IMG/VR virus record: IMGVR_UViG_3300019768_000006
Location: 1 to 50,345 of that record
Source of the DNA: a virus
Taxonomy: Duplodnaviria; Caudoviricetes
DNA length: 50,345 bases
Strand: one strand, 5' to 3'
Shown here in pieces: positions 24,116 through 35,557 of this stretch. Below the pieces are notes generated by a model. It made no database searches, had not been told where the DNA came from, and worked only from the letters and a program-made list of their open reading frames with translations. The position numbers and the translations under genes were made by a program. Each line of letters begins with the position of its first letter. Position 1 is the stretch's first letter.

Positions 24116-25756
24116 ATGATACATTTACAAAGAAATACTCCACCAATAGACGAACATGTTCCTTTCACGTATAGTGACTTTTCTGGTGGATTAAATAATA
24201 AAACTGAATTAAAATTAAATCAAGCCAGAGACCTGTTAAATATGTCATTCTTGAGTGACTTACGAGTTGGTAAGAGAACTGGTGTATATAAGGATGAAGA
24301 CTTTATTGCTACATTTCATGATATAACATTTATTGATAGATATTATAGACAAGGTACAAGACAATGGAATACTGTATATGCAGATAAAGATAGATTTTGT
24401 GTTGATATAAAAATTTATAACATACCTAATGTAACTATGGGAGTAGGATATAAAGACCAATATTTCTTTGTTAATGGTGAAGCTATATGGGTTATGGATG
24501 GGCTTTTGACTGTTAGAAAAATGGTTAATCCACCAGCTGGATTTACACCAGCCCCATCTCCAGCTACTATTGGTATTTGGGTAAATGATGATAGCGTTAA
24601 TCCAAAAGAAAGATGGTATGAACCTTGTCAATTAGAGCTAGACTCCACTGAACTTGGTACAAATCTAATTCCAGATGGACCAACCATAATAGCCCTCAAA
24701 GAAGGTCGTCTATATGTAAGTGGAGTTGATTCTGATCCAAATAATGTATACATCTCAGATTTAGATAATGGGTTTTATTGGCCTGTTGCATTGCCATTAC
24801 AAGCACCTCCAAATGGTGAAAAAGTAACTTGTTTATATGAGTTTATGAACACAATGGTAATAGGTAGGGAAAATAGTATATATGCTATTTATGGTAATAC
24901 TAATATTCCTGATTCTGGAGATGATTTATTTAGAGTTAAGAGTATACAAACTCATGCTGGAATCATAAATAGTAAATGTGTCGCCAGGATGCATAACTAT
25001 ATGGTCTTTGTAGGTTCTGATGGTATTGTATATTATATGATTACTCCATTGACTGATGTGAGGTATTTTACAACAAAAGTTCTCAGCAAGGATGTTGATT
25101 TATTTAAAGAACCATTGGGGTTCACTTATGAACAAATAGAAGAATGTTTTGCTACATTCTCAAATAACGAATATTTATTAAGCATAAATGATAAAACACT
25201 AATTTATAATTATGTTGAGCAAGCGTGGACAGTTTATGATGTTAATGTAGCATCAATGCTAAGTTATAATGATGAGTTAAAATTTACACTAAAAGGTGCT
25301 ACTGGTTTTTATAAATTCAGAGAGCATGGTCATGTAGATGCTTATAGAGATGTTATAAAAATTAATTTTACCAATGACATTGAAAACAATGCAATAAACT
25401 CTTATTGGACTTCTCTTAGAGATGACTTTGGTAATGCAACTTACTTCAAGCACTTTAGAGAAATATTCCTTGTTGTTAGTACATTCAAAAATTATATTAG
25501 TAATGTTGATGTTAATTTTGAAATAGATTATATAGATGTTGGTAATCTTATAACTATAGCCGATAAAATTGCAGTTTGGGGAAGGGCTGTATTTGGTGAT
25601 AGACTATTAGATAAGGATATATCAGTTTCCCTTCCAACTCAAATAGGACGCAGAGGTCGATTTTTATCATTTACTGTTTCAAATAATAGTATCGACCAGC
25701 CACTTGTTTTACATGAGATGAGTGGAGATTATATACTTAGAGGGAGGCGAAAATAA
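24116..25756 (+). CDS. tail nozzle / tubular protein (P22 gp10-like beta-propeller)
   Basis: DFSGGLN start motif, GRLYVSG, VYISD, LIYNYVEQAW; follows the adaptor. Confidence 0.75.
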   Translation: MIHLQRNTPPIDEHVPFTYSDFSGGLNNKTELKLNQARDLLNMSFLSDLRVGKRTGVYKDEDFIATFHDITFIDRYYRQGTRQWNTVYADKDRFCVDIKIYNIPNVTMGVGYKDQYFFVNGEAIWVMDGLLTVRKMVNPPAGFTPAPSPATIGIWVNDDSVNPKERWYEPCQLELDSTELGTNLIPDGPTIIALKEGRLYVSGVDSDPNNVYISDLDNGFYWPVALPLQAPPNGEKVTCLYEFMNTMVIGRENSIYAIYGNTNIPDSGDDLFRVKSIQTHAGIINSKCVARMHNYMVFVGSDGIVYYMITPLTDVRYFTTKVLSKDVDLFKEPLGFTYEQIEECFATFSNNEYLLSINDKTLIYNYVEQAWTVYDVNVASMLSYNDELKFTLKGATGFYKFREHGHVDAYRDVIKINFTNDIENNAINSYWTSLRDDFGNATYFKHFREIFLVVSTFKNYISNVDVNFEIDYIDVGNLITIADKIAVWGRAVFGDRLLDKDISVSLPTQIGRRGRFLSFTVSNNSIDQPLVLHEMSGDYILRGRRK

Positions 25757-26814
25757 TGCCAAGTACAAATATTACAAATTTAACTCACCCATATCCAAAC
25801 TTCCAACAAGGAGCTATTATGAGTGAATCTGAATTTAATTCAAACAACCAAGCAACTCGTGATAAGGTTAATGAGATTATATCTGTATTTAATCCTTATC
25901 CAGATGTTTCTAATATTGTCACTAAAGATGGCAATAATGTGTTTACTGGTACTAATTCATTTTCTAATGATATTACATTCAGTGGTACAATAGTAATTCC
26001 GACGCCAGTATTAGATTACCAGGCGGCAACAAAGAAATATGTAGACGATGCTATATTAAATGTAAATATAAATAGTGTTACACTTACTGGCGACCAATCT
26101 GTAGATGGCGTTAAAACATTTACAGAACGACCTATAGTACCAACTCCAAATGCTGACTATGAAGTTGCAAACAAAAGATATGTTGATATAAATAGTGGTT
26201 ATTCACAAGTTGAAGGTGATAGATTAACTAGTCAAGCTTTACAACCTGTTGCTGCTTTTAGATCTGGAAATGATTATGAAGTCAATATAGGTATTATAGG
26301 AGGTTTTGTCACAGGGGTTCAAGATGGTTTTTTTGTTATATTAGGTGATGGTCACGAAGCTCCAACATCAATTGGTCTTTCTATTGATGGACAACCTTTG
26401 ACATATTATGATAATGGAGAAAAGGTTTGTATATTAGAAGAAGATTGTTATAATTTAATTCACAAAAATGGTACAACCTATAAACTAATTAGACCAAAAA
26501 AAGTCGATAATATACTTACTTATACTGGAAGTTTATACCTACAACTTTCTAATTTTGTTGGTAAATATATAAGAATGAATAACACCTCAAATGAAACAGT
26601 ATCAATATTTGCAGATAGCACTGTTAATCTTCCAATTGGTTCTGAGATAGAAATAATGAACATTGGAACATTTGATATAACCATTGTAGGGCTTACTGGT
26701 GTTACATTAAATTCTAAAAACGGTTATACAAAAATAGATGGACAATATGGTAAAGTAACCCTCAAAAAGGTTGCTGCAAACACATGGGACCTCTTCGGAG
26801 ACCTTAAAGCTTAG
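25756..26814 (+). CDS. tail fibre protein
   Basis: Two repeats of PTP..DY..A.K.YVD, LTGDQSVDGVKTF; C-terminal VTLKKVAANTWDLFGDL. Confidence 0.8.
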   Translation: MPSTNITNLTHPYPNFQQGAIMSESEFNSNNQATRDKVNEIISVFNPYPDVSNIVTKDGNNVFTGTNSFSNDITFSGTIVIPTPVLDYQAATKKYVDDAILNVNINSVTLTGDQSVDGVKTFTERPIVPTPNADYEVANKRYVDINSGYSQVEGDRLTSQALQPVAAFRSGNDYEVNIGIIGGFVTGVQDGFFVILGDGHEAPTSIGLSIDGQPLTYYDNGEKVCILEEDCYNLIHKNGTTYKLIRPKKVDNILTYTGSLYLQLSNFVGKYIRMNNTSNETVSIFADSTVNLPIGSEIEIMNIGTFDITIVGLTGVTLNSKNGYTKIDGQYGKVTLKKVAANTWDLFGDLKA

Positions 26815-26826
26815 TGAGGTGGCATA

Positions 26827-27258
26827 ATGAAAATTAATGTTGTTGGAGATGTAATGCTCCGAAAAAACTTTAATTTATTAGAGTTTATTAATAAACTTGA
26901 TGGCAATGCTGTTATGTTGCCTAATCCAAAGTTATTAGATGGATTACAGTTTACTAGGGAGATACTTGGCCCTATGATGATTACTAGTGGATATAGAACA
27001 TATAAATTTAACAAGGCCTGTGGTGGTAGTTCTAATAGCTATCATCTCAAAGGGCTTGCGGCAGACTTTAAAGCAGACTTTACAAATTTCCCAAAGATGG
27101 CCTTAGTCGGAATCTTTAAAAGAGCTGGATTTACAAATGTTAAATTCTATTATAAAAAAAATAGTAAAGGTATTTATTATCTTCAAAGATGTCATGTAGA
27201 TGTAGGCCCTACATGGAATGGGAAGGATTTTTGTGTACTAGCCAATAAGTACGAATAG
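26827..27258 (+). CDS. endolysin, peptidase M15 family
   Basis: ITSGYRT, NKACGG, SYHLKGLAAD, HVD. Confidence 0.88.
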   Translation: MKINVVGDVMLRKNFNLLEFINKLDGNAVMLPNPKLLDGLQFTREILGPMMITSGYRTYKFNKACGGSSNSYHLKGLAADFKADFTNFPKMALVGIFKRAGFTNVKFYYKKNSKGIYYLQRCHVDVGPTWNGKDFCVLANKYE

Positions 27259-27269
27259 AGGTGAATTAG

Positions 27270-28892
27270 ATGGCTACAAATTATGATGCTTTAAAATTAC
27301 AAGCTGAAAAGGCTGATCCCGAAACTATAAAAAAAGTTATGGAAACAAATTTTAAAGGCGATTCTCAGGCTCAATCTCTATTACAAAGTGTTATTGATGC
27401 TAAACTCAACACAAAGCCAGTAACACAATCTGATGGCAGAACTCCTATGACCTCAAGTGGTGGTCAATCAGTTTCTGAAGATGTTCAGCCAATAACTGAT
27501 GTTTTGAGTAATGATAAGTCTATTAAAAAAACAAGTTCATCTGGCTCTGGTCCTTCCGATACTACAGGAATGGCTACCGAACCAGAATCAAATTATGATT
27601 TTAAAAATGAATTATTATCTGCAATTGACGCATATATATCAAAACTTACAGATGCAAATAGGTTGGCTGAGGGTAGGGCAATATCAAATATAGAAGCTGA
27701 GCGAGATGTTGCATTATCTGGTGAAGATGCAGCTAAAAGAGAAGCTGAACAATTATTCCTAAATACAGTTGAATCTATAAATGAAGGTGAGTTTGATGCA
27801 CAGCAATTAGCTAAAGTTAGTTCTCAGCGTAGAGGTATCGCTAGTTCTCAACAAGCCGAAGCATTAGCCCAAGGTATTTCTCGTGAGGGTATGGGACTAA
27901 GGTTTAAGAATGAGCAAGATAGAACAGTTAGGCTTTCTAATATTCAAGATAGAATTAATGCAATTAAAAATGCAGCCCAACAACAAATTACTTCTGCTGG
28001 AATTGCTAGACAACAAGCTGATGTTGAAGCTACCGCTAGAGGGCAAGAGTTATTATTAAATAGACAATTTGCAATTGAAGATAGAGAAGACTTGCAAGAC
28101 TTCCAAAGACAACTTCAAGAAAGTGCCCAAAGGTATGGTACTTCTGAAAGAGAAGCTGGGCAAGAGTTCCAAGTTGATCAACAAACAAGGGAGTTTGAAC
28201 AAAGACTTAAAGAAATAGATGTTAATTTTATAAATGTTTTAGAGAAAACAGATGTTGATTTTAGAAATGCATTTGCTTTAGCAGCACAACAAAATCAGTG
28301 GGCTGTTGATAGAGATTTAGTTAATAATGCTGCTGCATTAGAAAGATTAAATATAAGTAATAGTCATGCAATGGAAATACTTGGACTACAACAAGCATAT
28401 GGATTTAAGATGCAAAATTTAAATTATTTACAACAATTATCTGTTGCTAATATGGACTTTGAAAGAACAAAACAATTAGCACAATTAGATGAAGGAAGAC
28501 AAAAGCGTATAATGGATTATGCATCAAAAAAAGATAAGGATATGCTTGAGTTCCAAATCGGTTTAAATTATGAAGCTAACTTTATAGAAGAGTTTGGTCA
28601 ATTTGAAACTAAAGAATCAATTATACAAGATGTTATGGAAGGTGTCGATGCAGAGTCTAAAGCAAGAGCTAAGGAAATGTGGGGTATGCTTGGTTCAGCA
28701 TTTGGCTGGGGTGAATATAACGAAGAGACTTTTAATGAATTGACTGATGAGCGTGCTCAAGAATTATTAAATAAAAGAAAAGACGAAGTAGATATATTGC
28801 TTGATGGTATGGGTTATAATAATGATGTAACTAAACAACGTCAAGCTTATGAAAAACTTAAAGGAGTATTTGATTATTTTACTGGTAATTAA
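27270..28892 (+). CDS. putative internal virion (ejection) protein
   Basis: 540 aa, Q/A/E-rich helical; position after the tail genes of a podovirus. Confidence 0.65.
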   Translation: MATNYDALKLQAEKADPETIKKVMETNFKGDSQAQSLLQSVIDAKLNTKPVTQSDGRTPMTSSGGQSVSEDVQPITDVLSNDKSIKKTSSSGSGPSDTTGMATEPESNYDFKNELLSAIDAYISKLTDANRLAEGRAISNIEAERDVALSGEDAAKREAEQLFLNTVESINEGEFDAQQLAKVSSQRRGIASSQQAEALAQGISREGMGLRFKNEQDRTVRLSNIQDRINAIKNAAQQQITSAGIARQQADVEATARGQELLLNRQFAIEDREDLQDFQRQLQESAQRYGTSEREAGQEFQVDQQTREFEQRLKEIDVNFINVLEKTDVDFRNAFALAAQQNQWAVDRDLVNNAAALERLNISNSHAMEILGLQQAYGFKMQNLNYLQQLSVANMDFERTKQLAQLDEGRQKRIMDYASKKDKDMLEFQIGLNYEANFIEEFGQFETKESIIQDVMEGVDAESKARAKEMWGMLGSAFGWGEYNEETFNELTDERAQELLNKRKDEVDILLDGMGYNNDVTKQRQAYEKLKGVFDYFTGN

Positions 28893-28906
28893 TCGGAGGA
28901 AATATA

Positions 28907-31900
28907 ATGGCTTATGGAATAGATATTTTTAATCAAAGTGCATATGAGAAGAAGCGTGAAAGTGTTAAAGCTGAGCCCTCTCCTGGGTTCGGCTCTATTC
29001 CTAATTATAAACAGGAATTTGAAGCTAATTATTCTCAACCAAATTATAGTGAAAATTTTAATAAGACACAATCTTATTATGATAATTGGATGAGCCAGCA
29101 CGGAGATTATAAGCGTTCAACTCTTGATAGAATTTTTGATGTACTTCAAGTTGGACAATATGCTTCTGTTGGTGCTATTAGAGAAAGACAAAGAGCTGGA
29201 ACAAGTCTTACTCCAATTTCTTTTAATCCTTTAGATATTGGTAAAGGTGGTATTGCATCTATGACTGGCCTTATTAAGGGTTTGCGAGCTGCTAATCCAT
29301 TTGGTAAAGGCTATGAAGAAGGTGAAGCTACAACTACAAGTGTTTTATCTGAATGGGGATGGAATCCAGAATCCAAAGTTGGCAAAGTTGCTAGAGGTGT
29401 TATTGGATTTGCTGGAGACGTTGCACTTGATCCATTGACTTATGTTACTGGTGGTACTGGAGCAGTTATCAAAGGTACTGGTAAAGGTGCTAAGATTGGT
29501 GCGAAGGTATCAAAAGAATTAGTTAAAAAGTTTGGTCAAGAAGTTGCCGAAGAGATTACTCAGAAGGCTGCTCAAAATATTGGTAAAGGTTTATCTAGAG
29601 AAGCAGCTCAAAAGATATTATTTGAAGCTGGTGAATCTGTTACTACTAAAAATGTAGATGATTTTATCAAACGTATAAATAAGTTTGCTGGTATTCAAAA
29701 GAATACTGGACAAGACCTTATGATTGGTATTGGTAAAAATAAGAAATTACTAGTTGATGAAAAAACATTAAGAATGATTGGCGATAAGACTATTGCACCA
29801 TATGCAAATTCTATTCCTAATCTTATTAAGAATACTGGTATATTTAAAAAGTTAGATACTAAGAATGCTTTAAAGACTTTAGCAAGATATGATATAGACC
29901 AAGTTGCAAATACACTATTAGCCAACGATTTAAGAAATCGACATTCTGTTAAGCTTGCAAAAAATATTGTTTCAGCTAAAAGAAAAATGGCAAAGATTGC
30001 TGATGGTCTATCTCCAGATAATAAATTAAGAGTTTTAGAAATTCTTGATGACCAAGAGTTATGGGGTAAGAAGTTAGTTACAACTGGTTTAGTTGATAAT
30101 GAGAATGGTCGTAAGCTTATTCAGAGATATGCTGATGAGTTGAGTGAGCTTGATAAAATTATTAATGATTATGATACAATGATAGCCAATAGAAAAGTTC
30201 TTGAAAAAGATGCTGATAACCTTACTCGTGTTATTTCTAAGCTAGAAGGTGCTAAAGTAACTAATGAATTAAATAAGTTCAAGGAACTTAGAGCTACATT
30301 TGTAGCTAATCAAACTAATATAAAACAAGCTTTATTTGATATTAATAATGAACCAGTTAATCAAATAGTTGGTAAACATATTATTGATTATAGAAATAAA
30401 ATTAAGACAAGTAGAATTATTGAAGAAACTGGTAAATCTAAATTTGTTGAGTTGCCATATGGTTTTAGAAAAGCTGGTGATTTTATTCGTGGTGCTGATA
30501 ATACTACTTATTCCTTAGATGATTTCTTAGATAGTCGTATGAATGATTTCTCTAAGATTAATAATAAGCGTGGATATGCTACTAGCTCAAAGTCAGTTAA
30601 TAAGTTTTTAGGCAATAAGCATTCTATAGATATGACTAGAGAAAAGTTATTGGATGTTATTGAAAAAACACCTATGCTTAAAACTGATTTCGAAATGATG
30701 CCTTTAGCTAATAAGGTATCTTTAGAAGATATGAATAAAGCTTTAGATATTTATGCTAATGGTACTGCTGATGAGTTCTTTGATTTTTCTAAAACATTAC
30801 GTGAAGGTTATAATGAATCTAGAGCAATTGCTGAATTAGAATTTGATGAAGCCGTAAAGGGTTTCCAAGATTTAACTGGTAAAGAGTTAGCTGATGCAAC
30901 TCGTAAAGCTCAAGCAGATAAGTTTAGAAGAATCGATGAGTTAATGTTAAATGAAGATGAAAGACTTCCATTGTATATTAAGAATATAGATAAGTCTGAT
31001 GCATTAGCTAGAAGTAGAAAACAGAAGTTTGCTAAAGGTTCTAATTATGCTGATTTAAAAACCAGAAGAGTAGACCTAGAAGGTAGACTTGCTAGTGGTG
31101 CTATTACAGATGATGAATTGTTAGAACTTCAAGAACTTGCTAAAGAACTTGGTACTAGAAATAAAAGACTCTATGACCAAGGTATTGTTAATAAAGCTAA
31201 GTTGGATGCTAATGAATTATATTCTACTTTGACTGATAGTGAGATAGATAATATTCTTAGAACTGATTATTATGGTGATTTTAAACAGGCTCAATTTGAT
31301 GAGGCATTTGACCCTTGGGAAGATATAGATTTAGATTCTACAAAAGCTACTGAGACTGAGTTATTCTCTGATTCATTTATAGATGGTTCTGATTTAAAGA
31401 AAGTCTATGGAGATGCTTCTACTCCCGATTGGATTCGTAGAGATAATGTTTTAACTGATGCAGATATAGATGCTTTACTTGCAACTAATGATGATGTCGA
31501 TAAACTTATAGACCAATTTAATTTAGGAAGTGGTAAAGGATTTGATATTAAAGTTAGTCCAGAAACAGAGCGTATGGCAAGATTGTTTGACCAGATGATA
31601 GATAATACTTCTAAGTTTGATATAGATATGGAAAACATTTCTGATTCAGCTCAAATATTACAAAGTAAAAAATTTAATAGAGCTAAGAAAATTGCCGAAG
31701 AAGTTTCTAAGGTTAATAAAAATGCTGGTAAAGAATTTAAAGCAAATTTTGTCAAGAATGACTTGTTGTCTGATTTATTCAAACAAACCCCAGAAGAGAA
31801 TATTGCGTCTATTAAAAATACTAAAGTTAGAAATGCTAAGCAACGTAAATATGCTGAATCTATTTTAGATGCACAAAAACTTAAAGCAAAATCTTATGAT

Positions 31901-34339
31901 TTGACTACTGAGCAAATTGACAATCTTGATAAGTATCTTAAGTTGGATTTTGAATCAGTTGTTAATCAACTAGATGGTATTGATAAAAAGCAGATTAGAA
32001 ACTATAAACGTTCTGTGATGAAAAAATATTTTCCAGATAAACGCCTCAAAGACCTCACAAGGATTGAGAAAGAGTTTATAGATGATCAAATATTAGAAGC
32101 TCAGAAAACTGGTATTATTCAGAGCGTTGATAGAAAAGATTTCTATGATGCACTACTTGAACGTACTGATATTGAGATTGGTAAAATGGATGAAATTTCC
32201 GAAGCTATTGAATCTAATGCTCAAAAGACTAAAGAAGGTTATTGGATGCAAAGTGATAATATTAAAAATGAAATTTCTAAAATTGATGAACAACTCAAAG
32301 AGTTTGAGAATGTTAGAAATATAGATGCTGCTAAAAGTAAAGCAGATGAACTTAGAAAAGCTTTTAGAGATGGCAAGGTAGATGATTATGCTAAGAGTCA
32401 GTTAGGTATGGCATATGATCAATTTGTTAATTGGACTGAGATTCCAGATACTATGCTTAAGCAAAATAAATTATTAGATGGAGATTCTGAGTTGATAGAT
32501 ACTGTATTAAAACTTAGAGAAGAACTTAATGTATTCCAAACCATGGAAGAGTCTAATAAAATTGCTGCTTATTTTCCTCATATAGTTAAAGAGAAACATC
32601 AAAAGTTATTTAATGAATTTGTTGAGTTGTCAGAAGATGCCTTAGTTGGTTCTGATGGCAGACCATTCATTGCTAATAAATTATCTCGTAATTGGAAAGG
32701 TTCTATTAAAGACTTTCACAACGCTTGGGATAATCATTTAGAACAATTTGGTAAAGCTCCAACATTTGATGACTTATTTAAAAATGGTCAACCTGTTGAA
32801 GTCCCTAGAGATTTATTTGAAAACGATTTAGTTAAAGCTCTTACTGAGCGTGCTATAAGACATGAGAATTATGTATTTGATTCTAAGAACTCAAAGAAAA
32901 TTGCTGAATTAGTTTCTGAACCCTACACACCTAAGCGAGGCCTTAAAGGTACTGAATCAGTTGTTATTCCTAGAGAAGATTTAATTAGACTTGCTAAAGA
33001 CCTCAGAGGAATAGATGCAGCTAAAGGTGTTAAAACAAAAGGTCCTATTACTACTACTGAAATTATTAATCATTTTCAAAATGAATATTTAGCAGATGTA
33101 CTCATAAAGCCTGATGATCTTTATGCCGAGGTTCGTGGTAATATAAATAAAGTTTATAGTGCTACTGACGAATATGGTAAAAGATTATTCAACACAAGAG
33201 CTATGAAGCAAGAAGTTCTTGATCATTTTAATCAATTATCAGCGTATCAAAAATCTGATGGAATCCAAAAGGTTCTTGATGTTTATGATAAATTCTTACA
33301 CTTGTGGAAGTTGAATGTAACAGTTGTTAATCCTTCATTCCATGCTCGTAATGCTATGGGTAATTCATTTAATTCTTACTTAGATATTGGCACTAAAGCA
33401 TTTTCGTTTAAGGAACGTAAAAGAATTGCTAATATAATGTCTGGCGTTTCTAATGAAATTATAGGTGGATTTGATGCAGAAGAATTAATACAAGTTGCCA
33501 AACAACTAGAAGTCATTGATACTGGTCAATTTGGTTTTGAGTTAAGACAACTCATGGAATCTAGTAAAAAGACCAATAGTAAATGGGCAAAGTTTGACCC
33601 AAGTAATGCTACTAATTTTTTACCTTATAAAGCTGGTACACAAGTTGGTAGCTATATTGAGAATTTAGATAAGATGTTAAATTTCGTACATCACATAGAA
33701 AGTGGTATGAATCCTAACTTGGCTGCTGAGATGACAAATAAATTCTTATTTGATTATAAGAATGCTACTGTGTTTGAAAAGGAAGTCCTCAGAAGGGCTG
33801 TTCCATTTTGGACATGGGCTAAGAAAAATATTCCATTACAAATGGAAATGGTTACTAAGCATCCTGAGAAGTATAGACCATTTATTAAAGGTCTTCAGGC
33901 CCTTGACCAATCTAATTTAGGTGATGAAAGAATCTCGTTTGATCGTAAGCGAGATGCTGGAGATTTTGCTAAGGATTGGGTAACAGTTCCTGGTGATGCA
34001 GATGGAGTTAAGATTTATAATCCTAATTTACCTTATCAAGACCTTTCATTAGATGTTAAAAGTTTTATTGGAAGATTAAGTCCTTTTATTAAAGTTCCTG
34101 TTGAGTTGGCTGCTGACTATGACAGTTACTATGGTACTGATATTGATTCTAGTTTACACCACATACTAAAACAATTAGGCCCTTATAGTAGTGGAAGTAA
34201 GCTAATGAGAAAGCAAGGTACTGATAGAAGACTTGAGATACTTGCTCAATTAACTGGTTTAAGATTCTTAAACTATGATCAAGAGAAATATAATTATAGA
34301 AAAATTATTGACGAACTCGAAATGGAAAATCGTAGATAG
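28907..34339 (+). CDS. large internal virion (ejection) protein
   Basis: 1810 aa; DVALDPLTYV, PSFHARNAMGN, FLFDY, VPFWTWAKKNIPLQ motifs typical of large polyvalent/ejection proteins. Confidence 0.7.
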   Translation: MAYGIDIFNQSAYEKKRESVKAEPSPGFGSIPNYKQEFEANYSQPNYSENFNKTQSYYDNWMSQHGDYKRSTLDRIFDVLQVGQYASVGAIRERQRAGTSLTPISFNPLDIGKGGIASMTGLIKGLRAANPFGKGYEEGEATTTSVLSEWGWNPESKVGKVARGVIGFAGDVALDPLTYVTGGTGAVIKGTGKGAKIGAKVSKELVKKFGQEVAEEITQKAAQNIGKGLSREAAQKILFEAGESVTTKNVDDFIKRINKFAGIQKNTGQDLMIGIGKNKKLLVDEKTLRMIGDKTIAPYANSIPNLIKNTGIFKKLDTKNALKTLARYDIDQVANTLLANDLRNRHSVKLAKNIVSAKRKMAKIADGLSPDNKLRVLEILDDQELWGKKLVTTGLVDNENGRKLIQRYADELSELDKIINDYDTMIANRKVLEKDADNLTRVISKLEGAKVTNELNKFKELRATFVANQTNIKQALFDINNEPVNQIVGKHIIDYRNKIKTSRIIEETGKSKFVELPYGFRKAGDFIRGADNTTYSLDDFLDSRMNDFSKINNKRGYATSSKSVNKFLGNKHSIDMTREKLLDVIEKTPMLKTDFEMMPLANKVSLEDMNKALDIYANGTADEFFDFSKTLREGYNESRAIAELEFDEAVKGFQDLTGKELADATRKAQADKFRRIDELMLNEDERLPLYIKNIDKSDALARSRKQKFAKGSNYADLKTRRVDLEGRLASGAITDDELLELQELAKELGTRNKRLYDQGIVNKAKLDANELYSTLTDSEIDNILRTDYYGDFKQAQFDEAFDPWEDIDLDSTKATETELFSDSFIDGSDLKKVYGDASTPDWIRRDNVLTDADIDALLATNDDVDKLIDQFNLGSGKGFDIKVSPETERMARLFDQMIDNTSKFDIDMENISDSAQILQSKKFNRAKKIAEEVSKVNKNAGKEFKANFVKNDLLSDLFKQTPEENIASIKNTKVRNAKQRKYAESILDAQKLKAKSYDLTTEQIDNLDKYLKLDFESVVNQLDGIDKKQIRNYKRSVMKKYFPDKRLKDLTRIEKEFIDDQILEAQKTGIIQSVDRKDFYDALLERTDIEIGKMDEISEAIESNAQKTKEGYWMQSDNIKNEISKIDEQLKEFENVRNIDAAKSKADELRKAFRDGKVDDYAKSQLGMAYDQFVNWTEIPDTMLKQNKLLDGDSELIDTVLKLREELNVFQTMEESNKIAAYFPHIVKEKHQKLFNEFVELSEDALVGSDGRPFIANKLSRNWKGSIKDFHNAWDNHLEQFGKAPTFDDLFKNGQPVEVPRDLFENDLVKALTERAIRHENYVFDSKNSKKIAELVSEPYTPKRGLKGTESVVIPREDLIRLAKDLRGIDAAKGVKTKGPITTTEIINHFQNEYLADVLIKPDDLYAEVRGNINKVYSATDEYGKRLFNTRAMKQEVLDHFNQLSAYQKSDGIQKVLDVYDKFLHLWKLNVTVVNPSFHARNAMGNSFNSYLDIGTKAFSFKERKRIANIMSGVSNEIIGGFDAEELIQVAKQLEVIDTGQFGFELRQLMESSKKTNSKWAKFDPSNATNFLPYKAGTQVGSYIENLDKMLNFVHHIESGMNPNLAAEMTNKFLFDYKNATVFEKEVLRRAVPFWTWAKKNIPLQMEMVTKHPEKYRPFIKGLQALDQSNLGDERISFDRKRDAGDFAKDWVTVPGDADGVKIYNPNLPYQDLSLDVKSFIGRLSPFIKVPVELAADYDSYYGTDIDSSLHHILKQLGPYSSGSKLMRKQGTDRRLEILAQLTGLRFLNYDQEKYNYRKIIDELEMENRR

Positions 34340-34355
34340 CCCAGGAGGTGTGATA

Positions 34356-34628
34356 ATGGGTGATGAATGTAAAATTACCAGAGAAGAAGTTGAACTAATT
34401 GTTCAGCTTGAGGTTGAGAAATCAAAGGGAGAAATTATGGAAAAGGTTGTAAAGAATACTAGTAATATCGAGGCCAATAGAACTGACCTAGGTGAGATAA
34501 AGTCCGATATTAAAACTATAATGAATATCCTTAGAGGTAAGGATAGGTTTGCAATAGCTACCATGGCTACTAGTATAATCACATTGATTACTATAGCTGT
34601 CACAATAATAATTGCTGTTGTTTCTTAG
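34356..34628 (+). CDS. holin-like / XhlA-like membrane protein
   Basis: AGGAGGTG RBS before ATG 34356; coiled coil followed by a C-terminal TM segment. Confidence 0.6.
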   Translation: MGDECKITREEVELIVQLEVEKSKGEIMEKVVKNTSNIEANRTDLGEIKSDIKTIMNILRGKDRFAIATMATSIITLITIAVTIIIAVVS

Positions 34629-34656
34629 AGCTGGTTTAGTCCAGCTCTTTTATTTT
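34627..34656 (+). terminator. intrinsic terminator ending the virion module
   Basis: AGAGCUGG-UUUAGU-CCAGCUCU followed by UUUAUUUU at the convergence point. Confidence 0.8.
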
Positions 34657-34739
34657 AATCAATATTTTCATAAAGTAAATATATTAACATATATATTATA
34701 ATTAGGTATATTAGAACAATGCCAACCATTATATCACCT

Positions 34740-34931
34740 CTATATTAATATTGCTGCATTACAGCATGGACAAGTTATTTTTTGTTTTATTACTGTAAAA
34801 CAATGGCCTTCATAATCATATTCATAAGTTTCATAATCTTCTATATCTTTATTTTCATATTCTAAAAGACTATCACAAAACCAACATTTAATTTTCTTTG
34901 GTTTGTTGTGATTGTTTTCTAATACTTTCAT
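34740..34931 (-). CDS. small zinc-ribbon protein
   Basis: CWFC...CPCC. Confidence 0.7.
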   Translation of the reverse strand: MKVLENNHNKPKKIKCWFCDSLLEYENKDIEDYETYEYDYEGHCFTVIKQKITCPCCNAAILI

Positions 34932-35110
34932 TATATCACCTCTATATTACTTTCATGAACCCAGCGAACCCCTGGGAGTCTTCCGACATACTCGTTAATT
35001 ATAACTAAATAATATTTTCCATATTTAACTACTGCAACCCCTTGAAGGTTTGCTCTGTGTTCTTTGACTATGACTAGTTGGTCTAGCTTAGTTTCTATTA
35101 TGGTTTTCAT
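34931..35110 (-). CDS. hypothetical protein
   Basis: AAAGGA RBS; translationally coupled ORF. Confidence 0.55.
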   Translation of the reverse strand: MKTIIETKLDQLVIVKEHRANLQGVAVVKYGKYYLVIINEYVGRLPGVRWVHESNIEVI

Positions 35111-35324
35111 GAGTTGCATCCTTTCTCCATTTAATAAAGTTTCGATTATAAAGAAATGTATACATCACACAGCCCGGCAATAATCCCCATTGAGCATCTC
35201 GAATGATTATTATAACCCAAAAGATTTGACTTATTATTCCTATTAGTGGTGCATATGTCCATTTATTACCTGTCTTCCAGGTCTTGAGAAAGCCTAGTGC
35301 ACTTATTATTAATTCTAAAATCAT
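35088..35324 (-). CDS. small membrane protein (PnuC-like half unit)
   Basis: Three hydrophobic segments, W-rich, ending NFIKWRK. Confidence 0.55.
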   Translation of the reverse strand: MILELIISALGFLKTWKTGNKWTYAPLIGIISQIFWVIIIIRDAQWGLLPGCVMYTFLYNRNFIKWRKDATHENHNRN

Positions 35325-35325
35325 T

Positions 35326-35556
35326 TTACACCTCCAATGATTTATTTAACATCTCATAGAATTTCGCAGATATTTTGTTGTATCCTCTAAGTCTATAGAT
35401 ATATATTTCATTTTCTTCATCATATTTTTCTATATAATTATAATCTCTCATATAGCTAGAGATAGCTTCAAAATAGTGTTCTTTTTTTATAAATAATGTT
35501 GGTGTTTTTCTTTTTGTTTCTCTTAGTATATCTCCTGCTAATTTCATTTCTAACAT
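35326..35556 (-). CDS. small protein, C-terminal-motif family
   Basis: GGAGG before MLEMKL; C-term NKISAKFYEML. Confidence 0.7.
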   Translation of the reverse strand: MLEMKLAGDILRETKRKTPTLFIKKEHYFEAISSYMRDYNYIEKYDEENEIYIYRLRGYNKISAKFYEMLNKSLEV

Positions 35557-35557
35557 G

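Noticed and set aside
25756-26814. Diversity-generating retroelement target
   Set aside because: No reverse transcriptase and no template/variable repeat pair seen
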